Shown here: piece after piece, positions 25,042-39,400 of the stretch
How the letters are laid out: every line of letters begins with the position of its first letter
Position numbering within the stretch: position 1 is the first letter of the stretch
Source: Octopus vulgaris
Taxonomy: Eukaryota
Direction of reading: 5' to 3'
Assembly: GCA_951406725.2 (NCBI GenBank)
Contig: OX597820.1
Coordinates: 33,542,001 to 33,606,000, forward strand
Length of the DNA stretch: 64,000 nucleotides
The notes under the pieces: generated by a model
Told to the model about the DNA's origin: nothing
Database searches by the model: none
What the model saw: the letters and a program-made list of their open reading frames with translations, nothing else
Position numbers and translations under genes: made by a program

Positions 25042-26301
25042 CTAGCTGTTCGACCCGGCGTTGCTCGCGCTTTCAGTGTTGAAGTTAAGCCCACCTCTGG
25101 CCTTGTATGTTCCCCTTGCCAACTATTTTCCATTAAGATATTATATCTGGTTCGGCAGGGATTTTACCCGGTTAACGCTTTCGACATACTCCTACATACT
25201 GGACCGTCTAAAATCGCAGTCAAACTTTTGGGTGTACCTCGACTCGTTGAGAGTGATTTTTGTTTCTGTACAAAATTGATCAGCGTGTCCAATCTCAACA
25301 AAATCCGAAGAAAAGTGTGTAGGTTATGTCATAAAATAGAATCCATGTAACCATTTACATGAAAATATCCCATTGACTTTTAAATCACAAAACATTATAT
25401 GAATAATCGATGTTTCATAGGTCGAAGTCTTAATTTTACTCATGGATCAATTTTCTTCAAAATCAGTTCATTATTTTATTGTGAGTGAATTTTGACGCTT
25501 TCTGCCTTTCACCAATTTAATTTTAATTCTACTACATGACTCCGACCATAAACTTTACCTAAATGTAAAATTTCATCAAAATCGGATGAATTCTGTAAAA
25601 GTTACAGCATAAAATATTAATCCTATGCATACAAAAATATCCCATGCTTTCAAAAAGCCAATTGATTTCTTATACTCCCCCGTTCACGCGTAATTATCGA
25701 TTTTTTTGTCTACTCTTCATGCTGGTATCAACTAATGGACATGAACTGTAATTACGTATAAAATTTCTACAAAATCGATATGAATGTCTCTAAGGCAATG
25801 TTTATTTGCATTTATGCCCTTTTCAAGCCCTTTTGAATTAAATAAACACCTTTACCGTCTTCCCCACCACAAAATTTACCTACATCTCAAATTTCATTAA
25901 AATCGGATAAAATATATAAAATAGTTACGGCCAAAAATAAAATCCCTCTGGGTATTTGCACGCAAAAAACCTATTGGTTTCATAAAACCGCTGCTCAGGC
26001 GCAATTATCGACTTTTTGTCAACGCCATGTACTGACATCATCTCACTGCCAAGAGCCTCGCTCACTAAGCGATTTTCATCAAAATCGGACAAAAAATGCA
26101 AAAGCTGCAGGAAAAATAACATCGTTATGGGAATTTCCATTCAAACACCCGATTGAGCTCACAAAAATCGATGCCAACTGAGCATTATCGAGTTATCGAA
26201 AAATTCCAGCCTTATTTGAACTTTAGGGCATGTGATCTACGTATGTGCCAAAATCATTAAAATCGGTTAGATGGACACCATTACACATTTATGTATATAG
26301 A
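25042..26301 (-). mobile_element. Non-autonomous Helitron
   Basis: Minus strand A|TCtatatacataaa ... cgagcaacgccgggtcgaacagCTAG|T; internal repeats of tttcatcaaaatcgg. Confidence 0.75.
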
Positions 26302-26439
26302 TGTATGTGTATATTTTTCTGTGTGCAATATTATATTTTTAACTTATTTCGTTACAACTTGCTGTGTTTCGATTACTTACTTTTTAAAAACAAAACAAAA
26401 TTAGGGTGTGAATTGCTGAGTCTTTTACTTACTAGGTTA

Positions 26440-27360
26440 GGAGGAAGGGATAGCGCTCATGGCTTTCGCAGCCCTCACCCACACCCATGTTCGACTGGTA
26501 AGATTAATGCTAACAACGTACCTCTTAAAACAATCAATATCTGTGGGGGGGAAATGAACAAAGACGGAGTAATAGAAGCGTTAAGGTTCTGGGAAGAAGG
26601 AATGGGTTTAGCGAAAAGCGTAGGCCTGAGATATTGGACTCAACAACTGTGATGAGAGAAAATAGTGTAGGTTGGAGATATCTGAGCGGAGGCAGTATAA
26701 GCCCAGTTAAATCAGAGGAGCAGAAGTCAATATAGTATCAGTAGAAAAGGCAGCGAGAGGGAACAGTACATATGTGGGCCAGAGATTGTAGTATGTCTGT
26801 GAGTGATTTGGAGCCAGTCACTCGTTAGACAGTTATTGGGATGCATTCTGTATTTAAGATCCGAAGTATCTTATTGCACTGAAGAGAAGGGTTTGTTGTT
26901 GGGAGTGGTCCTAGCTATGTTAAGGAACTGCTTTTTCTTGGATAAACGCTCGGCAATAGTGAGACCCAGCAATTGGACAAGTTTGAAGGTCCTACTTGCG
27001 TGTTATTCATAATTAGATATGATGTGGTGCGATGTTGTTTTATTTATGAGAGAAGTGTCTGTATTTTGCTGCTATTGAAAGAGACGAGATATGCATATCC
27101 TATTGTAAGATGTTTTCAAGAATAATGTTTATGGTTTGTGTTATCTAGGTTGTGAGTTAGTGCAAAACTGGGAAAAGTTAGTAAAGGGTAAATAGTAGTG
27201 TCATCTGCGTTTGTTATCTGAAGTGACACAAAGTAAGTTATTATGTATAGGAATATATTAGTCATAAGGTATAGCGGAATCGATAGAATGAGAGACATAT
27301 GGTGCTCTGCCAACAACAGCGGTGATAGTACAAAATAAAAAGAAGCTATCGACACCAGAG
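26440..27360 (-). mobile_element. Decayed CR1/L2/Jockey-group LINE fragment
   Basis: NADDTTIY at ~27200; related fragment at 30120-30265. Confidence 0.55.
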
Positions 27361-27869
27361 ATGAAATACGGGTGAAGCCTATAGACTGACAGTATTGACA
27401 GAAGATTCGCATGTCAGACATTGTCGAAAATTTTGCTGGTGTCGAGGGTGACAACATTGCTTTCTCTAAGACAACAGCCCACTAGTGGGTGATTAACTGG
27501 CTTTATGAAAATTTAACTATTGATCACTAAGTAAGGGAAAATAGGGGAGGGGAGAGGGAGAAGTGAGAGAGGGGGAAATATCCAAGGAGGACGTCACTAG
27601 TGGTTGTCTCAATTACGTTAGTCATATTAGAAACGAGTACGATAGCGAGTGAGTAGTCGAGAAAATGAGGTTTTATGGTTTAGCTTGCCATTCCTAATAA
27701 GATCTTTATCTATAAGTTTCAGATTCCAAGAAGTTCGTACAGAAAGTGAGCGATTAAAAAAAAATGATAAAGTTCTGATAAGGTGTTCTCTTGCGTCCAA
27801 AATATTGGAAAATGCAAAGGTTTTCTGAAGGAACAAGGTGAAAGGAACATGAAAAAAGTGGTGAAGATA

Positions 27870-29765
27870 TGTACGAACGATGGAGTTGCTCGCCACCTTT
27901 TTACTCTTCAGGGATAGTTTCTTCCCCGGCCATTTTTGAGTGAGACGATTCACTCTGCTCGTCATCTCTTCCTAGTTCTTGTCCACTTGGAGACCGGGAT
28001 CAAATCAGTCCTCGAGCAGTTTAGCCGGTCCGGCCATCCAGTACCTCAAAAGACTGTTGGACAGTATGGACCTGCCTTTCTAGGTGCTGAGCGGCAAGCC
28101 AAGCGACTTCTCTTGATTAACTTTTGCTCCTGTCACAGCCTCGCATTCTCTTAAAACTGTTGATCATCTCAATGTATTTGGTGCCAGATAGCATTACGCA
28201 AGCACGAATATGCAAGCACGTATATACAAACAAGAATCTTCCCCAATTCTCGTGGGTTTTTCGAAACCTCCAGCATCTGCAGTAATAGCTCAATAGTCAG
28301 TACGTACAGAAGAGGAGAGAGGAGACACCCTTGACGGACCGAATATATGATACTTAACGATTCTGACAGGTGGCCATTTATTCTGACCTCCGTGCAAACT
28401 TCGCTGTACATTGCACCAATCCAGCTTCTGAAGACGCCTTGAGGACAGTTTTCAATCGCTTTGAAATTGAGTTGGGTCTCATCTATGAGATGGAGGTTTT
28501 CATAGATAGACTTGTTTGGGTTAGCACGTCTTAACATCACCGACAAGACAATGAATGACAAACACCAACCTCTTAGTTAACTCTTTGGCCAAAATCTTGA
28601 ACTTTACATTTCATACAGTTACGAGCTAAAATGATCAAAGTTGTCACCTTTGTTCGGGTCCGTTTTGAACAGCATCACTATACTACGACTCACAGGGCTG
28701 GGAATTCTCCCGTTCTACTACCAGTTGCAGCAAACATTTTCAAGGAAGTCAACGAACAATTTAAGCATATGACAGTAAAGATCGTAGGGCATACCATTCA
28801 TCCCCGGTATCTTCTCCTCCATGCAGCCAGGCAACACTTCCTGTATCTCATCAACTTTTATCGACCTTTCACAGACGGTCGCGGCAAAATGTCCTATTAG
28901 ATGGTAAAATTCACTTTCATCTCTGACACGCCGCGTGCCTCGAACAGTCTAGTGTAGTGCCGCTAAAAAGTTGCAAACATTTGCATGAAGATCGTATTGT
29001 GGCTTTGCCACCGTGTTGTGCCTCGGTCCCCCGGGCCCATCGAATGGATTTCCTTCCTTCATGTCTTAGAACACGCTTCTATCTGTATCTTTGTGCTTCG
29101 CGTTGAAGAATTGGTCAAGGATCAGTCTTGCTGTGAGCTCATCGCTTCTGCTATTCCATTTACTAGCCTACAAAATACTCTTGTTATGATCTCGATCATC
29201 GGTTGTTGTTTTCCCATGTTCACACTAGCGCATTCGGGAAATCGATTCGGTATCTATCAGACAGTTGGAAACGACTGAACAGATTTGCCTATCAGCTAGC
29301 CCATTGTGATCCAGATGTGCATCCAGGATAGCGTCTAGTCACCCACTAGCTCTAAAGAGCGAGACGTTCCCAGAAAACCCTCCAAAAAAATTCGGCCGAC
29401 GCACCACTGTTGGGGAAAAAACGATGACTAGTCGAAAGGTGCTAACTTCGCTATTGTTTACGATGCAGGCAGACCTTATCTTGAGGCCTTTTCGAAACAG
29501 CAACGCCACAACGTTCCAGGCCATGAAAGAGACGCGATTTCAAAATCGCCAAAATTAGGTGCTAAGTCGCGTGTATCAGAAGTCCCAGTGATGTCGATGG
29601 CTATCACACCCAAAGCTGGTGATGACACTACTCTTTATTCCTTATTAACATTTCCCAGTTTTGCATCATCAACTCGCAATCAAACTTTGAGCTGATTAGG
29701 AGAAAAATGATCCTGCTTTCAGGGTAAATCCAGGCCATGTGCATTTATACAACCCACTCTCAGAG
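27870..29765 (-). mobile_element. L1/Tx1-like LINE ORF2 remnant
   Basis: EN start RVGCINAHGL (~29735-29760), VALLFRKGL, FRLVIVFSP; RT RINGHLS...SVRQGCLLSPLLYVLTIE. Confidence 0.8.
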
Positions 29766-30389
29766 TTGCCGTGTTGGTAGAAAATAAAGAGAAAAAGAAA
29801 TGGTTCACTTACCCGTCTGATGATCTCGGAAACCGAATGACTCGGTCTCCATGTACTTTGGGGGTTCCTTTGGGAAGTTCATTAGGAGCCCACTGTTTGC
29901 CTTTGTGCTCGGTTTTTCCACATCATTAAGGAAGTTTTTCTTCAATATTTTGTGTGTCAAGTCCAGCCTTATTAATTTCAAATTGTGACACCTTGAAAGT
30001 GACTGACATGAAAACATCTCTCTTTTTCATTGTTTTCCTTTTCTGCAATGAATGACATCAATTTTTCATTCTTGCTCCTAATCAGCTCAAAGTTTGATTG
30101 CGAGTTGATGATGCAAAACTGGGAAAAGTTAATAAAGAGTAAAGATTAGTGTCATCTGTGTTTGTTATTTAAAGTTATACAAAGCAAGTCACTATGTATA
30201 GGACAAAACTGAGTCATGGGGCACAGCGGAGTTGATAGAATGAGTGACATATGGTGCTCTGTCTGCTTGTATACTGGTGTCACTTTTGTGTATGTTTTCC
30301 TCTTGTTAAGGTAGGAGTGGAGGACGGTCGTGGTAGTGGAGATATAGATGTGTCTATGTTTCGTGTGGGTTTTGTTGCTGATCTCGTGA

Positions 30390-31030
30390 TTGTATGGTTC
30401 GTTTAAGGAAAGTGTAGTTCTTAAATCTTTTTTTCTTGGTTACTCTGCCGTCTCCTCACTTTCCAGGTTGAGATTATCCGATGTGGGTGGGGGTGGATGG
30501 GTGTTTTCATGTGTGTCCATGTGTGTGCGCGGAGGGTCCTCTTTCCTGTTTTTGTTCGGGACACAAAGTTCTAAAGTGACCTTCTATCACCCTCAGTTAC
30601 AACCGCAGCTTCACTCCATTGAGCTCGTGGATAATGTCTTGGATCTTTTTCGTCTTTTTCGGTTTGATCTCTCCGTTCGTTTCATTTTGAGGAGAGTGTT
30701 ACTGCCTCCCAAAGTAACCCAGGCCTAGAAACACAAGGTGTTTAACCCAAGTGGAACTCTATCTTAACGCGAAAGACCCTTCTCCCTAAATACGTTGGGT
30801 AGAAGTAAGTTTCCTGTCATGTATGAAAGCTATGGAGTCCTTGAGTGAGAGACCCTCGGCCTCCAATTTACTGAAATACTTAACCCTGGTTACAAGATCT
30901 AAATCTACCCATATTCTTTCCATCCGAGCGTGTGTCGCTGTTTCTAGACGTCGAGTTTTAGCGGGCGCAAAGCGATAAGTACAGTCTTTCGTGTGGTTGC
31001 TTCCCAAACCGCGGCTACATATCAGCTCGT
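30390..31030 (-). mobile_element. Probable ORF1 remnant of the same Tx1-like element
   Basis: Higher-GC, coding-like sequence directly upstream of ORF2 on the same strand. Confidence 0.4.
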
Positions 31031-31257
31031 GCGCACTGGGGTCGAGGTAATCGACTTAATCCCTTTGTCTGTCCTTGTTTGTCCCCTCTATGTTTAGCCC
31101 CATGAGGGCAATAAAGAAATAAGATAAAGCCATTTCATTTTATTCGTTCCTAATGTAGAACCTTTTCCTGTCTATTTGTCTCCCTTCTTAGGCTACCTCT
31201 GAATCTTTCTCTTTCTCTTTCTCTCTCCTTCTTTTTCCCACTCTCTCTCCCTCTTTA

Positions 31258-31309
<52 letters not shown>

Positions 31310-31682
31310 GAGAGCTGTACTTACAATGTTCAACTGTTCATAATTTTGATTTAGCCCAGTAAAAATATGTCTCCCTTGGGCACATTTTCTACGCGTCGTG
31401 TCCTTTACATCATCATAAGCATGAAGCACCAAATGTGGGCTTGCAAGACTGCCATAAATGGCAGCCAAATCACCCTCTCATATCACAGCTTACTTTTTTA
31501 AATAGTCACTGATAGGGCGGATATACAGAAATACGAGAAGCTCACGGCTAGAACTAGTTTGACTGCAGGTCTGTTCGAGCATTGATGACATGTGGCTTAA
31601 TGACATCAAACTCAACAGCAGTCTGATCACTTTCACAACCACAATCTATTATCTTACAAAGTGCACATTCAATAATGTAGTA

Positions 31683-31756
<74 letters not shown>

Positions 31757-31779
31757 ACATATATATCCAAAAATAATTA

Positions 31780-32551
31780 CCGTATATAGTCGTGTAAAAG
31801 TCGAATCTTTTAGACAATGTTTTACGGTCAAATTTATGCGGTCAACTATTACATGGATACTACTTTTGAGAAGCTGAAATTCAAGCTAGAATCCGAATTA
31901 CCATATCAGCAGTAGAAGTCCAACTGATCCCTATGCGAATGAAAACAAAAACACAATAAATTACAGTAATATTACCAATTCTATGCATCAAAACACACGT
32001 CCTAGTAAACTATAAAGGTCGCATGGGAACTACTGATCTAACGATTAATTAAATGTTTTTAGGCTTACCAAAGTCATACCTTTGTACGAATTCAGACAGT
32101 GGCGTGTGCCGGTGTTCGCCAATAGTGCTGTCTATGAAACACGTTTCTCACCATGTCGACAACGAGTGTATGACGCATGTGTTTATTGTGCTTGAAATGT
32201 ATGCAGGCTTACAGCATATCCTGTGTAAACATTTTAGTAATGGTGATGTAGTATCCATCAACAGATGTGTAGTACTCGCTATTAAATAGTGTTTTACTAT
32301 AAGCACCGAGCATTCCATTATAGCATCAAGCATTCTCCTTATAGAGCAGGCTACAGTAAGGTAGCCATATAATTTTGTAGCTGTTATTTCTACGTACAGG
32401 ATAATACGGTACCTTGACCCGAAAATGTTGTCCTGTTGTTCGTGAAATACTAGGGTTGACTTTTATACGGGGTCTATGGAAATTTCCCAATTTTGGGGCC
32501 AAAAATAATGGGGTCGACTTTTACATGAGATTGACTATTACGCGGAAACGG
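31780..32551. mobile_element. Decayed Tc1/mariner-superfamily (pogo-like) non-autonomous element
   Basis: Left end ta|ccgtatatagtcgtgtaaaagtcga; right subterminal tcgacttttacatgag...acgg. Confidence 0.5.
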
Positions 32552-32628
32552 CCCACCTACACTAAAACGATGGCGCAGAAGCTAACACGTTCATTTATTA
32601 TTTTGTTCTTTTTCTGTAACTGTTTCAG

Positions 32629-32652
32629 CAAAGAAAAGGCGCACTACAGGCG
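32629..32652 (+). CDS. Candidate micro-exon 4 (24 nt, phase 1-1)
   Basis: Strong acceptor ttctttttctgtaactgtttcag and donor cg|gtgagt; (T)KKRRTTG. Confidence 0.6.
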
Positions 32653-32790
32653 GTGAGTTCGTGTCACATTCTCTTTAATGAACTTTCACTTTCTTTTTTA
32701 TATGCATTTTGCTATTTACTTTATTTACCGTGCGTTTCTATTATTTTATTGTTTTCTTCTTCATATGTATTTTGTTTCTTGATCTGTCAT

Positions 32791-32859
<69 letters not shown>

Positions 32860-33174
32860 AATATTATGAACAAAGGATTATATCCCTTCTAATAACTGTC
32901 CACTGGGGACAACATTCCTTTAGAAACATTGGATTTCGAATATGAAACGCTCCAATTGAACTGTTCACAACTATCAGAGCGCTAGGTTACAAAGAAATGC
33001 CTCTTCTGCTTGATCGAACGAGGTAACAGGGTATTACTATTATAAAATATCAGCTTGAAACAAATATCTACACCTCAAATAATATTTCGAAAACGGCTTT
33101 TGAATTTTTTTATAGTTATAACTAAAATTAAAATATTGGCTATTATAAGAGATCTTCATAATGTAAACTACTAG

Positions 33175-33224
33175 CGACCTATGAAGAAATTAAAGCAAGG
33201 TATAATCCTCTGTTCTCCTTAGAA
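33175..33224 (+). CDS. Candidate exon 5 (50 nt, phase 1-0)
   Basis: Weak acceptor ctactag, donor gaa|gtaagc; (A)TYEEIKARYNPLFSLE. Supplies the phase shift needed to join exons 4 and 6. Confidence 0.4.
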
Positions 33225-33466
33225 GTAAGCACATGCATTGCCAGAAAATTTCTAAAAGTAGTACATGCACGCTTCTTTAATAATCACTGATTTCGTTTAC
33301 TCTTCCACAAAAACACAATTAAACACCACCGATTCGCTGATGCATATTAACAAAAATCTTAATCCTTCAAATATCTGGCACACTATCGCAACATGTAGTT
33401 GCATAAATCTGGCCTCATTTTGATCAGATGGACGATATCTCACAAGTTGTATTATCTATTTTGCAG

Positions 33467-33554
33467 ACCCATTCAAGCTGCGATACAAACAGCATGCGCA
33501 TACTTTTTAGAACCCAGCCATATACACACCACTTTGTCAATATATATGAGGACT
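33467..33554 (+). CDS. Candidate exon 6 (88 nt, phase 0-1)
   Basis: Acceptor tctattttgcag, donor gtaagg; THSSCDTNSMRILFRTQPYTHHFVNIYED. Confidence 0.55.
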
Positions 33555-33889
33555 GTAAGGAATGAATGCATTAAATCAGAGACCACGTAGAAAATTTTTG
33601 AGATATTCGAAAAATGTAACAAACATTAGGGATATATGTATATGTATGTATGTGTATATAATTTACATGCACATATGTATATATGTATATATATATATAT
33701 GTATATATATGCATATATACATATAAATAAATACATATACATACATACATATTAATATATATATGTAGAAATGCATATTAATATATAGTAGTATATATAT
33801 ACATATGTATGTATGTCTGTATGTATGTATGTATGTATGTATGTATGTGTGTGTGTGTGTGTATATATGCATATATATATTCATATATA

Positions 33890-33981
<92 letters not shown>

Positions 33982-34123
33982 CATATATTCATATATATAT
34001 ACATCTATGTATACATGCATGCATGTAAAGCATTCATGTGGTATACAGACGTAATTTTTTTCTAACTTCCTTACTTTTCTTTTCGCTTTTCTGTTTACTC
34101 GTTGTCTCTCTTTTTGGTTTATA

Positions 34124-34160
34124 CTGATGAAGGGTTTACATCCGAAACATTTGAGACATT
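34124..34160 (+). ncRNA. Degenerate hammerhead core
   Basis: CTGATGA-aggg(tttaca)tcc-GAAA-c; cleavage-site side eroded. Confidence 0.45.
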
Positions 34161-34949
34161 TCTATTTCTTTCAGCGTGAACTTTTATTTTATCTTGTCTT
34201 TCGTGTTCTTATCTGCTCGCGTGTGTGTGTGTGTGTATACACATGCGTGTGCGTGTGTGTGTTAGTAAGAAAAATATACTTTTGTCTCGAAGTAGAGGAA
34301 ACGCGTTCGATTCTAGTTTGCCACTGAAAGCAATAATTCCTGTTATATGATCGTCCAGCTTTGACCGAATCTAGACTGATACACACTATAAATTGCATCT
34401 GATGTTGGATGGTGGTATTTATTCTTTGAAGAAGGTAATCTTCTATTGTTGTTGTTGTTGTTGTTGTTATTTTTATTTATCTGTTTACTTGTTTTGTCAT
34501 TTTTTAATTTATATGTTTGCTTGTTTTGTTTGTTTGTTTGTTTGTTTTTGTGTTTTGTTTGTACTTTAATTTTTCAAAATTTTAATGCAGAATTCTTTAC
34601 GTTCCGCGTCCAAGTTCCGCCGAGATCAAATTTGCCTTTCATCCTTCGGGAATCGAGAAAATTACGTACGGGTCAGTGTTAGAAATCAGTTTTAATGCAG
34701 AAGAATTGTAACCGGCAAACAGACCTGCACTAATCTGGTCTCTACTTGGATTTAAAATCCTTTGTAACAGCACTGTGTTCCATTCTTACATGAATCCTTT
34801 AACTCATGTTAGCATTTATTTTGTTTTACGCGTTAATAACTTGAAAAAGAAAAAATGAAGTCTGTCTAGAACCTACAGGTTCATCAGACTCAAAGATCAC
34901 GAACCCAACACTTTAATTACTAAGTGATGCGCCTTGGTTAGTAACAATA

Positions 34950-36900
34950 TAGTTTTATTTAAAAAAAAAAAAAACAGAAAGAAACAACGTATCGATAAGC
35001 TTAAAGCTAAAGGTTGAATATATATTTTAATTAACCGAACAGTCGAGACTCTTATAGACTTAAGTTTAAAGTTTGATAACCGTTTCCAAGAGATCAATTT
35101 CAAATTGAAAGTATAAATTCTACAAACGTATCCTGTGTCTACAACAACCAACAATATTGTCTTTAAAAAGGAGAACTCATTGGATAATGTGCTTCTAGTT
35201 TCATTGCTATGGAAGTAATGCTTTTGATCAAAGAACTTTTCGTTTACGTCTGACCTAGGGTTAAATAGCAGCTACAACCCAAAATCATTGAGAAGAAGCA
35301 TGACAAAATCTAATGTCATTTACTCAACATATGAAGAGCCGTTCTTGCTATCTCGTACATTATGCCAACATGCATAGAAACGATGTCTTACCCGTTGGTC
35401 TACTGATAGATGACAACAAAATCTTCACCATGATGCTTAAGAAATGGCAAAAATATTGCAGAAACGATACTGGCTTGTCTTTAGTGTTTCTGAACGAACT
35501 CACTCCCGAGAATGGAGTTCAGTTCAGTCTACTCCATCGATAATTTTCTGGAGCTTGGAGTCATCTGCGACTGCTTTTTCTTGTTTTTATATTTTTATTT
35601 TGATGACGCTTGAGATACCATTTATATGGACTATAAAGAGAAGCAGGCCCAAATCAGTCGCCTTTTGTTGGGCTTGAGTGGATTCCATTAGTGATTTTTG
35701 CTGGGTTTGAGTGGATCCCACTGATCGCAACACGCTGCGTTCTGTTTGCCTGGAAATACGTAATCCAGAGTGGCAGTTTGCTACGGATTCTAGTTCTGCG
35801 CAATTTTAACTGGAGGATATTGTGGTCAACTCTGCCGAACGCTTCGCTGAAATCCAAATATCAGAACCTAAGCTTTGAGGACATCACCGATGTGATGTAA
35901 AAGCTTTGTAAGACAGTCCCTACTGTATCGAAAGCCATGCTGGTTGGAATTTAAAAGGTTGTGGCTTTCCAGAAAGCCAGTTATCTTTGGTTTTTTACCA
36001 TCCTTTCAAATATTTTGATGATGTGTGAGGTGAGGGAGATGGGGCGAGAGTTAACTGCAAGAAACATACTTCCCTTTTTGAATACCCAGATGACAGATTG
36101 GGATAAGAACTGTTTCAGTATATCGCCTGAATTTAAAGAATTTCTCCAGAGATTTGTTAGAAGTGTTGCTAATTGGTGCCTACATTCCTTCGGGACAGTT
36201 GCGGGGAATCTATCAGGGCCTACAGCAGAATAATACTTGATTTCATTTATTGCTACTATGATGTCTGAGGTAGTAAAAGTTATGTTTGAGATTATGTTGG
36301 GAGTTGAGTTCGTTCAGATCCCTTGCGTCAATATCAATGTAATCACTAAAGACAGACCAGTATTGTTTCTGCAATATTTCTGCTATTTCTCAAGAGTCAT
36401 GGTGGAGAATGCTGTTATCCTTTACCACAAAGAAAGTGAAATATGAAAGACGTTACTCGTCATTTCAATATCTGGCAAAATTGTTGTGTTGATTGATCTG
36501 TGACTACCAGATCCAGATGAAATGAAATAGGTTGGGTGTTTCTTGACTATCACCAAGCTTATTGGACCTTCACAGTACAAAAACTTACTCAGTTTTGTGA
36601 AAATCATGAAAATAGCTTTGACTGACGTGGACACTCATTAGTCACCTTGTATTCTACCGTTTTCCTTTTATACTTTGTGTTTTTTTCTTCTTCAAACGGC
36701 CGCAGTCGAGATGTGTTTCGCATCACCGCACCAGGAATCTCAGCTTCCAACCAATACCTTTAGTAGATCTTCAGTTCCATGCTGTGTACCTCTCCAATAA
36801 CAGTGATATAGTTGAGTGGTCTTAGTCCTGTATAGAGGTGCAGAAGTTTTCGAAATATCTGATATGGGTTATTATTCAGCATGATAGCTTCAACCAGTGA
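34950..36900 (-). mobile_element. Decayed CR1 LINE (RT region)
   Basis: DFSEAFGRVDHNILQLKL, WITYFQANRTQRVAISG, ADDSKL, GPDRFP. Confidence 0.82.
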
Positions 36901-38557
36901 AGTTGTCCTTGCATTTAGTAATAGTAGTAGTGATGGATGTAAGTTGTTCATAAATCTCTTTGGTCTTGTGCAAACGCCAACAGATGCCCTAAGCCTTCGT
37001 GGAAAACACAGTGTACGTGCCATCAATGCAGCCTTCAAAACTCCTCAATAACCCAGGTTTCTGTTTCATTGAGATGAGTGTTCTCGACACACGTCCTGAA
37101 GAAAGCCAGTCTTAACTTTAAAAATATTGGATTGCCAGGTGGTTTTAAGCTTGTTCAGACACGCCAAAGTTGTCTTTTGCATATCAAGAATCTTTGTTAC
37201 TGTCAGCAATATAAGACCCATTTCGAGTCACTGAGGTTATATTTGGTTTGCTTTGATAGTTTGATGTTTTCCTTTGATATAACCGTGTTCTTGCATTCAA
37301 ACGATATGCCACGCAAACAGTCCCATATCTTTATCCAATTCATTTTCATGTCATTGAATACACCCTCCTCCTCAGTATCATAGAAGGAAGAATGCAACTG
37401 TAAGCTTTACTCCTCGGCAACGAGACATTATTGATCTCATAACTATTATATTCTGCACCCAGCCCTAACATTTCTAATGCGATGCAAAGAATCATTAGCT
37501 CTTACTCAAAGGCGAATATTTTTAGCATTGCTAAAGCTATTTCAACGGAATAATCGGTTTGTTCTTGAAGTCAATAATTACAACGCTAAGAAAATCTACA
37601 TGGAAAGACTCAATTCCAATTTCGAGCAGTGCATGAATGGATCACTTTCTACCACTGGACCTAAATACAAGCCACATCCAACTCCACTCGAAATTAATTG
37701 TTGTAACTCTACCTCTATATTTCTCGTCACCCACACTGCGAGTATTCTACTTGATCTACAGAATATTACCTGAACTCCTTTACTTACAGAACTTATCGTC
37801 ACATTCAATCCTTTCTTCACCTTGCAATCCTGAAACACAATTAACCAGCAATTATAAAAAACTGCACCATTTTGTATCTGCAGTGATCTGCAATATTGCT
37901 CGCAGTAGAGATGCTATGCAATTCTCTCTTAGGACACGATGACAAGAGTGAACCAAATAATCTGTAAAGTATCTAAATGTTTAAATACAAATGCACGCAA
38001 TCGCGGCGAAATTATCAGATTTGACAGAGCCCTGGGCTAAGAAAACATTTAGTTTCACCCCTCTAGTTTCTCAGCTCGAATCTCGCAGTGGCCAACTTTA
38101 TCTTTCATACCGTGGTGGTGGTAAGGCGATAAAACTAACATCCAGTATTGTACTGGGAAGGATTCCACCAACTATATAACTATATAACTATATATTTGTA
38201 AAGCCATGCTTTATAAATATTCGTGTTTTCTCTGAATCAATAGATACCAATAATAAACGGGATTTAACTTTGAATTTCAGTGCCGTTGTTGATGGAATCA
38301 AGTGATGAGAGTGAGTATGCTAAATATTGATTTGCATCAGATAATCAGGTTTACATTATAATACAGTACTCTTTTAAAACTGAATTAAGACATATTATAG
38401 ATATTGATTCAACAAGACATGAGGTCTCAAATTTTCGGAGTAAAGGAGAGAGAAAAGTCATGCCACTCGCAAGGGTAATTCTTTATTACAATTATTATTA
38501 TTATTATTATTATTATCATCATCATCATCATTTTCATCATCATCATTATTATTATTA

Positions 38558-38670
38558 AGGCTGCGAGCTGGCAGAATCATTAGCACACCGGGTGAAATGC
38601 TAATTGGTATTTCATGTCTTCACGTTCTGAGTTCAAATTCTGTCAAGGCCGACTTTGCTTTCTTCCATTT
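38558..38670 (+). mobile_element. SINE family D head
   Basis: aaggctgcgagctggcagaatc...ttctgagttcaaattc after (TTA)n; further copies at 39845-40060 and 40772-40980. Confidence 0.75.
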
Positions 38671-38674
38671 TTAA

Positions 38675-39400
38675 ATTTCCGAGTATCTGAGATAGATAGC
38701 AATCAGCCCGTTTTGCTATCATTCCTTGGGTACCTTATGACAACAGTCATTGGTTTAGTCTTGAGGTTCTTTAAGCTTTTGATCTGGTAGCTCCTTGTAG
38801 ATAGGCATTGATCCTGGACTGCTATGATAAACTCTTCCTTCTCTGATTTCAAGCCAGAAGATACTAACCAGTGATGCGTTAGCCGTTATTAGCTCTCTTG
38901 AGGTATTTGCCATTGAGAGGTTTTTCTTGCTATTTATCAGTAAGAATACCTAAAGTAGCAGTTTTAGCAAGGGTGTTCATACGCTTAACTTTTTCTGTGT
39001 TTGTTTCCAGTATGTCTAATTCAGGGACTTGCTATGAGCTGTTCCAAGTTGTGCGTCCTTCTGGAATGCATAAACATTTATGTTGCTCGAGGTACTAAAT
39101 TTAGTGAACGTTTCCATTTCCTTCATCATGCGTCCTAGTGCCCCAGTGACCATTGACATTATCTCGGTTTTTATATTCCACATTCTGTTGCTTTCACTCT
39201 CTAGGATTTTGTAGTTAGTCAACTTCTCTCTGACTTTCCCCGAAGGTGCTATTTACACCACCTATGTGTCTTTCCCTTGATAATACTGCCATAATTGTTA
39301 GCTCTTATCTTTCTACCAGTGTGGATGGGGATCGCTAGTCTTTGTTTCATCAATATCTCCTTCAGAACTTCCCAGTTTTGCTGCATGTTTCCAGTAATCT
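38675..39400 (-). mobile_element. R4/Dong-like LINE fragments
   Basis: WLVSSGLKSEKEEFIIAVQDQ (minus strand, ~38810-38870) and MWNIKTEIMSMVTGALG match the 55-kb copy. Confidence 0.75.

Noticed and set aside
33223-33224. 2-nt exon (ttag|aa|gtaagc) fixing the phase
   Set aside because: The 50-nt exon with the same donor is more parsimonious; cannot be decided without RNA data.
37050-38450. Short ORFs as host or transposase coding sequence
   Set aside because: No recognisable motifs or convincing splice-site pairs.
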